From a virus (taxonomy: Duplodnaviria > Caudoviricetes): DNA of 64,000 nucleotides. This document shows positions 8,566 to 17,721 of this stretch, piece by piece; position 1 is the first letter of the stretch, and each line of letters starts with the position of its first letter. The stretch spans positions 32,001 through 96,000 of IMG/VR virus record IMGVR_UViG_3300021133_000001; one strand, given 5' to 3'. A model generated the notes under the pieces. That model saw nothing but the letters and a program-made list of their open reading frames with translations. It was not told the origin of the DNA and ran no database searches. Position numbers and translations under genes: made by a program.

Positions 8566-9695
8566 TTTAACTTAGCTTCAAGAAAGCTCTTATTAGCAAT
8601 AAGTCTTTCTTTCCAATCAGCAAACTCAGGATCATCAATAATTTCGTTAACTAGATCTAAACCTTCTTGGTATCTACCTGTCCAGTAACATGATACAGAT
8701 AACTCATCGTTAACGTATTTTCCGTATACTTTTTCGTTGACAAACAATACATATTTTGTGTTAACTAATGCTAAAGACTTAGACTTACTTTCTTTTAAGT
8801 GTTTATAGCCTTCTTCCCACATTTGCAAATTGTTTAAGTACCTACCTAATATATAATGCGGTTCAGATCTATCCGGAAACATATTAATAGCAAGCTGCAT
8901 TTCGTATTTTATTTGATCAACAGGCGCTTTTAATTCTATTAAACATTGAGCTACTCTCATTTGAGATTCAAAGCATTCTTCTATCCAAGTATTTTTTAAT
9001 TTCAAGTATAGTCTATACCATTGCATAGACTCTTTCCACATACTACTGTCAAAGTAGCTTTGAGCAGTATAAAATGCAGAACGATTATTAAGACCATCTG
9101 GATCATCTATTAATGTCTCAAAAAATTGCTTAGTTAAACGTTCAGCATCATAAAAATATTTCTTAGGATCAAATGCTCTTGAGCCTATAGGGTCGCATCT
9201 AATGTAGAAGTCTTTATCAGATAAATCTCCTGCACTAAAATTTGGGTTTTCGACACATTTAATAATAGTGTGTGCAACCCCACAAAACCTCCAAGTATAT
9301 TTGCCACTATATAATATAGTAGTTTTAAAAGAAGAGGAGCCTCTTCTATTTAACAGGTAGTATGCATCTTTATTATCATCTGGTAATTCAATATCTCCAA
9401 ACAACAAATCATCTGCATCTATATGTAAAATGTAATCAGCTTTGCCTCTAGCACGTGCCATCATTAAGCACTTGTTTTTATCAAAGCCCTGCCAAGCATC
9501 TACAAAGAGCTCTCCTGGTATGTTTTTTTCTTTAAAGAAATCTCTTACAATATCACAAGTTCTATCGGTTGAACCTGTATCGCAAACGATCCAGTAATCA
9601 ATAGATTTATAAACAGACTCAAGAGTCTTTTGAATACAGTGTTCTTCGTTCTTGCACATTGTTGCAAAAACGATTGTGGGTCTTGTTTTAGTCAT
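8562..9695 (-). CDS. GT2 glycosyltransferase with C-terminal TPR repeats
   Basis: MCKNEE, DTGSTDRT, IDADD, then TPR-like helices (FYTAQSY, PDRSEPHY). Confidence 0.85.
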   Translation of the reverse strand: MTKTRPTIVFATMCKNEEHCIQKTLESVYKSIDYWIVCDTGSTDRTCDIVRDFFKEKNIPGELFVDAWQGFDKNKCLMMARARGKADYILHIDADDLLFGDIELPDDNKDAYYLLNRRGSSSFKTTILYSGKYTWRFCGVAHTIIKCVENPNFSAGDLSDKDFYIRCDPIGSRAFDPKKYFYDAERLTKQFFETLIDDPDGLNNRSAFYTAQSYFDSSMWKESMQWYRLYLKLKNTWIEECFESQMRVAQCLIELKAPVDQIKYEMQLAINMFPDRSEPHYILGRYLNNLQMWEEGYKHLKESKSKSLALVNTKYVLFVNEKVYGKYVNDELSVSCYWTGRYQEGLDLVNEIIDDPEFADWKERLIANKSFLEAKLK

Positions 9696-10720
9696 TATTC
9701 TTTTACGTTAAAGAAGTACAGATGAAATAATCTACCGTTTTCTTTTGTGTCTCCATAGTAGCCTGTTGCAGCATGTAACGCACGAGCGTTAAATATGACT
9801 AACCTATTATATACATTTGCTACTGTATCGACTATTTCAAAGTTATTTACATCATAGAAATTATTACCATTAAAGCTTAAAGAGTCTAAATCTTCTTTAG
9901 TACGCTCTAAGCGTTTTGCATCTTCATCTGTTGCAGCTGTCATTAAACCAGTAATTTTACTTTTTAATGTGCGGGTACCGGTTTGTAGTGGTGCATCTGG
10001 TGATAGATAGACCATCGCTGCGTACTGTTGTGTATCGTAGTGATAAACTACATTGTCTTTAGCGACACAATATTGAAATACTCCAGTTGCTCCAACAAAT
10101 TCAGTTACCTCCTTATTAAGCAATCTACTAAACTCTGCTTTTACCCAACTAGGTATATATTGTCTTTCTGTACGAGCACCTTTGTGATATTTTTCGTTAT
10201 GCTTAAATTCTTGTTGTAAAACGTAATCTCTAACAGCGTCTGGGTTTGCATAAAAGTTATCTACAACAATTAAATCTGGCCCTTTATATTTGTTAAGAGT
10301 AATAACACTATCTACAGGATCAGTAGGTTTAGTAATATGTATAACAGGAGATACTACTGTGATTGTAAATACATTATTACCCCTAACAGTAATTGAATAT
10401 GTTCCTGGTAAAGCATCAAATACTAATTCGAATCCACTTTTAAGAAATTTTTCTGAACTATTATATAAATAGTACTCCTTAACGTCTAGACGGTCAACAA
10501 CATTTATCCCGTATGTAACACGTGTGCCTGGTGTTTGACCTGTTATTCTAATATCATCAGCTGTAATTAGCGTGTCAGTACTAGTATCAACTACCCACCC
10601 TGTTACACGGCAACCTATACCTGTAGGATTAGTATTTTTGTTCATATCGTTAACATAACCGTTAACGTTACTTTGTGTATCAATATATCCTATAAAGTTT
10701 TTATTGTTTGTCTCGTGCAT
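9695..10720 (-). CDS. DUF6445-like 2OG-Fe(II) oxygenase with extra N-terminal beta domain
   Basis: VVDNFYANPDAVR, GART, HYD, VYLSPDAP, NVYNRLVIF..H, RLFHLYFF. Confidence 0.7.
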   Translation of the reverse strand: MHETNNKNFIGYIDTQSNVNGYVNDMNKNTNPTGIGCRVTGWVVDTSTDTLITADDIRITGQTPGTRVTYGINVVDRLDVKEYYLYNSSEKFLKSGFELVFDALPGTYSITVRGNNVFTITVVSPVIHITKPTDPVDSVITLNKYKGPDLIVVDNFYANPDAVRDYVLQQEFKHNEKYHKGARTERQYIPSWVKAEFSRLLNKEVTEFVGATGVFQYCVAKDNVVYHYDTQQYAAMVYLSPDAPLQTGTRTLKSKITGLMTAATDEDAKRLERTKEDLDSLSFNGNNFYDVNNFEIVDTVANVYNRLVIFNARALHAATGYYGDTKENGRLFHLYFFNVKE

Positions 10721-10734
10721 ATAAATATTTAAGG

Positions 10735-11946
10735 TTAGATCTCGGTTACTCCAGGTATAATGTATCTAAGTTGGTCGTTTTTAATAGCGGTTAAATGTGC
10801 AGTTACATACTCTATTTTATTCTGTTTATGGTAATCTGACGGACACCAATCTTTTACATAAGTGGATTGAAATTTCACTTTAGTATTGATAAAGTTTGCA
10901 AAAGTTTTTTTAGTATAATACCAAAATGAATTAGCGTTCCAATACGACGCATGTGTAGGGTCCTGAAAAGCTCCTCTACCATCTGTAGAAGGTGTACTTG
11001 AAAGTAACATACCACCGTGAGCAAGTAATCTCCACATTCTTTCCATCGATTTAACAGGATCTTTATATAACTGTAAAGCATCATCTGCTAATATAAGACC
11101 TACTGAATCTTCTTTAATTGTACCAATTGTATCTAAATCAATTTTAACGCAATCAGGTTTAGTATAACGTTTACTAATATCTACTATTAGTAAATTATTA
11201 TCTTTGCACCATCTACGCATCATCTGTTCAATATACTTTTCGTATAGTACCCAAGTATATTCTTGTATCCATTTGTTTAGTTCTTGTGAAGCAAAAGAAT
11301 TAGTAGCATGATAATAATACACATACAGTACTTTTTCTATTTTATACATCTTACCTTCAATATAAGTACGACACATTAAGTCTTGATCATCTAGCGCCTT
11401 TAATGTTTTATCGTGACCACCTAAACGTTTATAAAAATCTCTATTCCATACTCTAATATGATTAGGTGCAAACCAAATACGCGATACAGACTGAGGGGTA
11501 GGTAAGAACGTTCTGTTAATAGTGTATACTATGCCTTTATATGTATACGGATAATAAGCCCAGTTATTGTTAGAATTGAATACATTAGCTGTATTACCGG
11601 GCATTAAATCTATACCATCAGAATATATAAAATCACATACGTTTTCTTTAGCTGCTTTTAATATCTCTTCTACACAGTCTGGTGTAATTTCATCATCATG
11701 ATCAACTTCAGCTAGCCACTCTCCTAAACCTTGATTGAATGCATAGTTCTTAATTGCACCAATTAATTTACTATCTTCTAAGTACGGTACAATACGTATC
11801 CAATCTTCTTTAGGTAAAAAAGAAACATCAGCACTATTGTTGGGTACCACTACCCATTCAAAATCTTTACACGTCTGTATTTTAAGAGACTCGTAAAGTC
11901 TCATTAAATAGTCAGGTTTATGAGTTGGTGTTATTATTGATAACAT
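10735..11946 (-). CDS. GT2 glycosyltransferase fused to SAM-methyltransferase-like domain
   Basis: Likely start MLSIITPTH; VDHDDE; C-terminal WRLLAHGG...TPSTDGRGAFQDPTH. Confidence 0.8.
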   Translation of the reverse strand: MLSIITPTHKPDYLMRLYESLKIQTCKDFEWVVVPNNSADVSFLPKEDWIRIVPYLEDSKLIGAIKNYAFNQGLGEWLAEVDHDDEITPDCVEEILKAAKENVCDFIYSDGIDLMPGNTANVFNSNNNWAYYPYTYKGIVYTINRTFLPTPQSVSRIWFAPNHIRVWNRDFYKRLGGHDKTLKALDDQDLMCRTYIEGKMYKIEKVLYVYYYHATNSFASQELNKWIQEYTWVLYEKYIEQMMRRWCKDNNLLIVDISKRYTKPDCVKIDLDTIGTIKEDSVGLILADDALQLYKDPVKSMERMWRLLAHGGMLLSSTPSTDGRGAFQDPTHASYWNANSFWYYTKKTFANFINTKVKFQSTYVKDWCPSDYHKQNKIEYVTAHLTAIKNDQLRYIIPGVTEI

Positions 11947-12637
11947 GTTTCTTTTTAAATCGTTCAAATATTTCTTCTGTGCGTCTACCCCCGTTACCTA
12001 CCCCTTTTACTGTATATGTAAAACAAGCTTCCGGGTTTTTAATAATACGGTAACCCGCTTTAGAGATACGCACCCAGTAGTCCCAGTCTTCTATACTGTT
12101 GAGTGTAGGGTCAAAATAACCTACTTCCTTAATACATTCTTTTTTATGTATTACCCCTGAAACGAAGATAAAATTACCTCTAATGAGCTCTTCTGTGCCT
12201 GGAAACGTTTCTGGGTTTGATATACCAAAAGGTACTGCTACTGTACCATCTAAAAAACGGTGACGTACAGCAGAGTAAACCATGTCTGGTTTTTCTCTAT
12301 CTATTACTGCCATTTGCTTTTTAAGATAGTCTGAATCCCATACATCATCACTATCACAGTATGCTATGTATTCAAAATCTAAAGAATGATTTATAATATT
12401 AAGTGCTTGGTTACGCGCTGTACTGACCCCGCCATTTTCTTTAATTATAGTACACATTTTCATTTGATCAAAACCAAGCCCGCTTAAAGAACGTACTAAG
12501 CTGTTCTCAGATTTAGATCCGTCATCAACTATAAATAATGTCCAGTCTTTATACGTCTGTGCAAACACAGCTTGTACAGATTTAACGAGAAGGTCTTTCT
12601 CGTTATAATATGGCATTACTATAGCTACTCTACTCAC
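11918..12637 (-). CDS. GT2 glycosyltransferase
   Basis: IVMPYYN, IVDDGS, NGGVSTARN, YCDSDD, EDWDYW. Confidence 0.92.
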   Translation of the reverse strand: MSRVAIVMPYYNEKDLLVKSVQAVFAQTYKDWTLFIVDDGSKSENSLVRSLSGLGFDQMKMCTIIKENGGVSTARNQALNIINHSLDFEYIAYCDSDDVWDSDYLKKQMAVIDREKPDMVYSAVRHRFLDGTVAVPFGISNPETFPGTEELIRGNFIFVSGVIHKKECIKEVGYFDPTLNSIEDWDYWVRISKAGYRIIKNPEACFTYTVKGVGNGGRRTEEIFERFKKKHVINNNTNS

Positions 12638-13398
12638 TTAAGAATTTCGTTACGTATTTTAGTTGCTGATATTTCTTGTAGTTTCTTATCAAGATCAATC
12701 TGCTCAATCTTATAACCTACATCTCTACCATAAAATATGTTAGTGATATTAGGGACACGTATTATAGTGTATTTACCTTCATAATCAAGCATACCTTTAC
12801 GTATATTAGCTTCTACTTCTTCAAATGAGAAAGGATTCTTTTCATCTGTACCTTGTGTATCTCTAATAGCGATACAAACTTGCCCGACCCGATTAATACC
12901 CTCTACAATTAAAGCTTTGTGGCCATCGTGGAATGGTTGATATCGACCGAGCATAAATGCTGTAGGTGCTTTCGAATTAAACGTAGGAATAAGTTGCTTT
13001 TTAATTTTAGTAGCCCAATACAAAGGCGAACCCTCATCAGTCACCACTACATCTGGATCATCTGGTGGTACAAATAGCTTAGTTGTATCGGCAAAGTCTC
13101 TAACCGGTGTTCTATTTACCCAAACTATAAATGCGTCCCCAAAAGCAGCTCTCGTTTCAGGAATAGGGCAAACAAAATCAGCCACAGCAAATTGCCCAGA
13201 ACGAGTAACGATATCACAAAGCAATCCCATTCTTCGGGCTTGCTCCAATCGATCCTCCACGGAAAACTTAAGATCCTTATTAATTTCTTTGCGTATTTCA
13301 TCAGCGTTAAAATGTACAGCGTTTAGTAACTTTGCTAATTCTAAAGCAAGAGTTGTTTTACCAGCGCCGGGTAATCCCATTATTAAGATCTTCTTCAT
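12634..13398 (-). CDS. Adenylylsulfate-kinase-like domain fused to HIGH-type nucleotidyltransferase
   Basis: GLPGAGKTT P-loop, NADEIR, RLEQARR, DFVCP; C-terminal GRYQPFHDGH and ISATKIR. Confidence 0.8.
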   Translation of the reverse strand: MKKILIMGLPGAGKTTLALELAKLLNAVHFNADEIRKEINKDLKFSVEDRLEQARRMGLLCDIVTRSGQFAVADFVCPIPETRAAFGDAFIVWVNRTPVRDFADTTKLFVPPDDPDVVVTDEGSPLYWATKIKKQLIPTFNSKAPTAFMLGRYQPFHDGHKALIVEGINRVGQVCIAIRDTQGTDEKNPFSFEEVEANIRKGMLDYEGKYTIIRVPNITNIFYGRDVGYKIEQIDLDKKLQEISATKIRNEILK

Positions 13399-13432
13399 AC
13401 ATATACATAAGAAGAAACCTTAAGAAATCAAG

Positions 13433-14074
13433 TTACATTTTATCGAACTTACTTGCTAATCCTGCTATATCAGATTGTTGAAACTTGAATGCTAATGTTG
13501 CACCTGCAGGTCCTAATAATGCTATTAAACCTGATGGTAAATGAGTAGACAACGCACCTAAATGGGGTATAACATATGATTGTATCATTGGTATTGCTGC
13601 TACTGCTGCTGATATAAGAAATGCTTTAGACTTGGCAATGTTAACTTTTTTAATTTGATCTTTACAACGTTCTTTATGAACCTTCATTAATGTTGCGCTA
13701 ATAGCAGCATCTGCCATAATCATTTTGTTATATGCTTCTCGGTCAAAGTAAGCAATCTTAACTGGCGTTTTAGCCTTAACAGTAGCGTTGCGTGGTGCAC
13801 CAGATACTAAAGCTCCTTCTCCAACGAACACTCCCGGTGGCAAGGTTGCAAGAAACACTTCCTTATCTCCTGCTTGTTTAACGACATCAACTTGCCCGGA
13901 TAGAACCACAAACATGAACTCTCCGATGTCGCCCTCTTTAATGATAACCTCACCAGCTGGGTGCTCTTTTGCGGTTGGAAAGGTAGCAATCTTTTTTACA
14001 ATCTTTGGTGGAACACCAGCAAATAAAGCAGATGCTTGAATCTCTTCAAATTTAACTTTTAGTTTCTTAGCCAT
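13433..14074 (-). CDS. Cyclic-nucleotide-binding domain protein with C-terminal hydrophobic helices
   Basis: IIKEGDIGEFMFVVLSGQV and phosphate-binding cassette FVGEGALVSGAPRNATVKA; hydrophobic tail, no CRP helix-turn-helix. Confidence 0.88.
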   Translation of the reverse strand: MAKKLKVKFEEIQASALFAGVPPKIVKKIATFPTAKEHPAGEVIIKEGDIGEFMFVVLSGQVDVVKQAGDKEVFLATLPPGVFVGEGALVSGAPRNATVKAKTPVKIAYFDREAYNKMIMADAAISATLMKVHKERCKDQIKKVNIAKSKAFLISAAVAAIPMIQSYVIPHLGALSTHLPSGLIALLGPAGATLAFKFQQSDIAGLASKFDKM

Positions 14075-14258
14075 TATCTACTGGTACAAGCACTGAGCCC
14101 TCAGAAGTATCAGCTAACACGTACATTTGGTTCTGTTTAGAGCGTAATTTGCTTGCTGGTATATCAGTCAATAAGATTTTATTGTCTGGTTGAAGGACTG
14201 TCATAAAGTCTTTGGAAGGGAAGTATACGGGTAAGGTTTTGACAAATGCTTCGTTCAT
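14067..14258 (-). CDS. Small hypothetical protein co-transcribed with the cNMP protein
   Basis: 63-aa ORF overlapping the cNMP gene start; TAAGTA 7 nt upstream. Confidence 0.65.
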   Translation of the reverse strand: MNEAFVKTLPVYFPSKDFMTVLQPDNKILLTDIPASKLRSKQNQMYVLADTSEGSVLVPVDNG

Positions 14259-14265
14259 ATAGTAT

Positions 14266-14279
14266 TACTTAGCTAAATA
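14266..14279. promoter_or_regulatory. Back-to-back late promoter pair
   Basis: TACTTA-GC-TAAATA gives TAAGTA (minus) and TAAATA (plus) inside a 26-nt divergent gap. Confidence 0.6.
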
Positions 14280-14284
14280 TAGAT

Positions 14285-14743
14285 ATGAAATACCTGCTAT
14301 TATTAGCATTTATGGCAAGTCTTGCCAACGCAACACAACAGACTTTCGCATTTAAGTCATCAGCTTTCCAAACTAACGGGTCATTTTCTGGCTACGAGTT
14401 AACTTTAGAAAACACCGGTTACAATAGACAGCAAACTATTATAGCTACTCAGGAAGCTGCTGCTTCTACAGCTGCTGCTGCTGCACAAAACACCCCTATC
14501 AATCAGTTTATTAGTGGTTTACAGGCACGTATCTATTCACAAATTGCTGCTAATTTAACTTCTCAATTGTTTTCTACTACTGCTACACAAGGTACATTTA
14601 ATTTGCCTTCAGGTGCTACAGTTAACTGGGTAGAGAATAAAGGCATTGCTACTTTACAGATTTACGATCCAACTACTAACACAACAACATCTATACAAAT
14701 ACCTGTAGGTACGTTATTAGCAGCTGGTGCTACTGGAGGTTAA
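14285..14743 (+). CDS. csgF: Curli assembly protein CsgF-like
   Basis: Signal peptide, FAFKSSAF, QFISGLQARIYSQIA, C-terminal IYDPTTNTTTSIQIP; directly upstream of csgG. Confidence 0.78.
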   Translation: MKYLLLLAFMASLANATQQTFAFKSSAFQTNGSFSGYELTLENTGYNRQQTIIATQEAAASTAAAAAQNTPINQFISGLQARIYSQIAANLTSQLFSTTATQGTFNLPSGATVNWVENKGIATLQIYDPTTNTTTSIQIPVGTLLAAGATGG

Positions 14744-14744
14744 T

Positions 14745-15545
14745 ATGAAATACGTTTTACTACTTTGCTTACTTTTAACAGGGTGCCAGACTTACAAAAT
14801 GGCTGTACATCCTTATGAAGCTCAAGATAAACCTGTATTACAGGAGAGTCCTTTAGTTAAGCAGTTAAGAGCACTGCCACCTTTAGATGCACCACAAATG
14901 ACTATTGCTGTGTATAAGTTTAGCGACTTAACCGGACAGCGTAAAACGTCAAACAATTTAGCTCTATTCAGTTCTGCTGTTACCCAGGGTGCTGAGTCAT
15001 ATTTGGTAGAAAGTTTACAGGCAGCAAACAACGGCGGCTATTTTAAGGTATTAGAGCGTACAGGGCTTGATGATATTGTTAAAGAGCGTCAAATGTTAAG
15101 GCAGGCGAAAGAAGACTTTGAAAATACTAAATCACCTGGTACGTTACCTCTATTGTTTGCGGGGGTATTGGTTGAGGGCGGTATCATTGGGTACGATTCA
15201 GACATTATTACAGGGGGTATTGGTGCAAATGTACTCAACATTGGTGCACAAGAACAATACAGCAAAGATGTAGTAACTGTTACGTTACGATTGGTAAGTG
15301 TAAATACTTCGGAAGTTTTATTGAGCGTTACCACCACCAAGACTGTATTTTCCGTTAATATAAATGGCAATTTAATGAGTTGGTACTCAAATGGAACAAA
15401 ATATTCTGAAGGAGAGCTTGGATTCGCAAATAATGAATCCGGTAACGTTGCTGTTAGAGCTGCTATTGATCAAGCAGTTATAGAGCTAATCCATAAGGGT
15501 GAGAAGCAAGGATTGTGGAAGTTTAAGGGTAATAGTAAAAACTAA
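14745..15545 (+). CDS. csgG: Curli secretion channel CsgG (outer-membrane lipoprotein)
   Basis: Start re-assigned to MKYVLL; lipobox LTGC; AVYKFSDLTGQRK, FSSAVTQGA, VLERTGLDDIVKERQ, EGGIIGYD, DVVTVTLRLVSV. Confidence 0.92.
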   Translation: MKYVLLLCLLLTGCQTYKMAVHPYEAQDKPVLQESPLVKQLRALPPLDAPQMTIAVYKFSDLTGQRKTSNNLALFSSAVTQGAESYLVESLQAANNGGYFKVLERTGLDDIVKERQMLRQAKEDFENTKSPGTLPLLFAGVLVEGGIIGYDSDIITGGIGANVLNIGAQEQYSKDVVTVTLRLVSVNTSEVLLSVTTTKTVFSVNINGNLMSWYSNGTKYSEGELGFANNESGNVAVRAAIDQAVIELIHKGEKQGLWKFKGNSKN

Positions 15546-15589
15546 TAATCTTATATAAAAATAGTAAGTATAGACAACACCCAAAGTCT

Positions 15590-16333
15590 ATGAAACACCT
15601 TACTAAAACTATAGCTATATTCCTACTAATCGGATTAGCACGCGCGTTTGGGCAAAACGCTTTATATGTACAACAGATTTCAACTTCAGCCATTGTCAAT
15701 GTCTTACAAGCCGGTGGCGCTAACCGTATTGGTAGCTCTGGTTTGAACTCTATTTTTAACGGTGATACAGCTTTTATAGACATTAAGCAGGTAGGTAATG
15801 GTAATGCTCTTGATTTTAATTTTACAAGTGCATCAAATACTAACTTAAAAATATATAATACCGGAGACAGCAACACTCAAGGTCTATATATTAATGGTGG
15901 TAGTAACACGTTTGATTTAGAGTTTACCGGTTCAAGCAATACTATGGTATTTAATAGTGATGCAAGTAACTCTGGTACAACACAGGCTAATGTCTCCCAC
16001 GGTACCTATACATTTACAGTTGGTGGTAATAGTAATGCGTTTAATATCGGTACTGATACTGGAACATATAACTCTTTAAACTACACAGTTGCTGGTAATA
16101 GTAACGTATTTAACATTTTACAAGACGGAGCAGTAAGTGGTACTTCAGGTCACAATCAAACAGTGATAGTTGATGGTAGTAGCAATAATGTGTATATTAA
16201 TCAGAACGGTACAAGTGCTAATAGCTTATACTACAAGTTAACAGGCTCAAGTACCAATACTTCTATTACACAAGGACCTACAGGTACAACACCACTTAAT
16301 ATCGCTACTACTGCTGGTATCACGCATCCTTAA
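15590..16333 (+). CDS. Curlin-repeat protein (CsgA/CsgB-like)
   Basis: Signal peptide; repeats QVGNGN, TGDSN, GGSN, TGSSN, GGNSN, AGNSN, DGSSNNVYINQNG; N/G/S/T-rich; follows csgFG. Confidence 0.78.
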   Translation: MKHLTKTIAIFLLIGLARAFGQNALYVQQISTSAIVNVLQAGGANRIGSSGLNSIFNGDTAFIDIKQVGNGNALDFNFTSASNTNLKIYNTGDSNTQGLYINGGSNTFDLEFTGSSNTMVFNSDASNSGTTQANVSHGTYTFTVGGNSNAFNIGTDTGTYNSLNYTVAGNSNVFNILQDGAVSGTSGHNQTVIVDGSSNNVYINQNGTSANSLYYKLTGSSTNTSITQGPTGTTPLNIATTAGITHP

Positions 16334-16338
16334 TATGT

Positions 16339-17313
16339 ATGAAAAAGAGTGAAAAGCTTTTATTCACTCTTCTTGTCATTTTAATTTTTTTGCTATGGTG
16401 TAGCCTCGTATATGGTTCAGCTGGACAGGTAACAGAGATAACCGGCCCCACTCAAATTACGAGAGGGTCGGATAAAATTATAGCTGCTCTTAAAACCGGT
16501 ATTGAAAGTAATGATCGGGTAGAGACACTCAACAGTAAGACCGGTATTACCTTTGCGGATGAAACTCACGTTACAATAAGTGAACATAGTAAATTACTGG
16601 TGGACGATTTTGTGTATGATCCTAAAAGTAGTTCAGGTAAAATAGGATTAAAAGCACCTCTCGGTACAGTTAGATACTTTTCTGGTAAAATAGCGCACAA
16701 TAATCATAACAACGTAAATGTGCAAACGCCTACAGCGAGTATAGCTGTTCGTGGTACTGACTTCTCTATGACTGTAGATGAAATGGGTAAGAGTTTAGTT
16801 ATTTTATTACCAACTAAGATAGGCAATCGTTATGTGGTTGGTAAGATTGATGTTACTACAATGGCTGGTACTGTTACTTTAGATAAAGCATTTGAAGGTA
16901 CATTTGTTAGTACTAACTTTACAATGCCCACACCCCCCACTATATTCAGATTAGATGAAGGTGGTGTTAATAATAACCTGTTACTGGACTCTCCTAAATC
17001 AGCTGCTTCAGAAGCTGCTGAAAAAGCTGATAAAGCTGCAGCAGAACAACAGCTACAACAGGCTGCAGCGGTGGCACAGTTATATGCTACTGCTCAGGCT
17101 ATACAAAAAATTGATAGCGCTACATTTGTATTTAAACAAGACGATGCAGACGCTTCTAAAAATAAGCTTAAGAGTAACTTTAAAGGCAATGTAATAAACA
17201 TTATTATACCGAATGGAGAAAACGTTACTGTTAACTATGTTTATCAGGGCGGCAAAGTATCAGCTAAGAATGGTACTGGCACCGGGGTAATAATGAATAT
17301 CGAGCAAAGGTAG
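16339..17313 (+). CDS. FecR-domain periplasmic protein
   Basis: N-terminal hydrophobic segment; GIESNDRVET, ITFADET, LVDDFVYDP, GTVRYFSG, QTPTASIAVRGTDF. Confidence 0.85.
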   Translation: MKKSEKLLFTLLVILIFLLWCSLVYGSAGQVTEITGPTQITRGSDKIIAALKTGIESNDRVETLNSKTGITFADETHVTISEHSKLLVDDFVYDPKSSSGKIGLKAPLGTVRYFSGKIAHNNHNNVNVQTPTASIAVRGTDFSMTVDEMGKSLVILLPTKIGNRYVVGKIDVTTMAGTVTLDKAFEGTFVSTNFTMPTPPTIFRLDEGGVNNNLLLDSPKSAASEAAEKADKAAAEQQLQQAAAVAQLYATAQAIQKIDSATFVFKQDDADASKNKLKSNFKGNVINIIIPNGENVTVNYVYQGGKVSAKNGTGTGVIMNIEQR

Positions 17314-17359
17314 TTATCTTAAACGTTTACTCTTAACGAACAAGTTCTGTAGATAATAG

Positions 17360-17440
17360 TTAATCTCTTGGTAGGTATTTTATTAAAGCTGCTATAATTA
17401 AAGCAACTACTACTAATGCTACTATATAAGAAACAACCAT
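17360..17440 (-). CDS. 26-aa single-pass membrane peptide (not in ORF track)
   Basis: MVVSYIVALVVVALIIAALIKYLPRD; ATG 1 nt after the stop of 17442..17675. Confidence 0.5.
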   Translation of the reverse strand: MVVSYIVALVVVALIIAALIKYLPRD

Positions 17441-17441
17441 A

Positions 17442-17675
17442 TTAGTTTTCTAACGTTTGTTTAAGTTCTTTGGAAAGTTTATCGTACTTTAATGATTGTA
17501 GTTGTACTGTAACACACCAAGTATTCATTGCTATACATAGTACATCAAAAAACAGATCAAAGTAGCTATGTTGTATTATATGATATATACCAAATGCAAT
17601 ATAACTAACTACTATAACCGAACTAACAGCTATAAGCGCATATACAAAATTACGAAACGTAAAGATCATATTCAT
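17442..17675 (-). CDS. Small two-TM membrane protein, antisense insert
   Basis: Two hydrophobic segments; TTGATT...GATAAT promoter-like sequence upstream. Confidence 0.6.
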   Translation of the reverse strand: MNMIFTFRNFVYALIAVSSVIVVSYIAFGIYHIIQHSYFDLFFDVLCIAMNTWCVTVQLQSLKYDKLSKELKQTLEN

Positions 17676-17721
17676 ACAAGTATTATCAGGTATTCTATAT
17701 AAAAATCAACTAAATAAGTTA

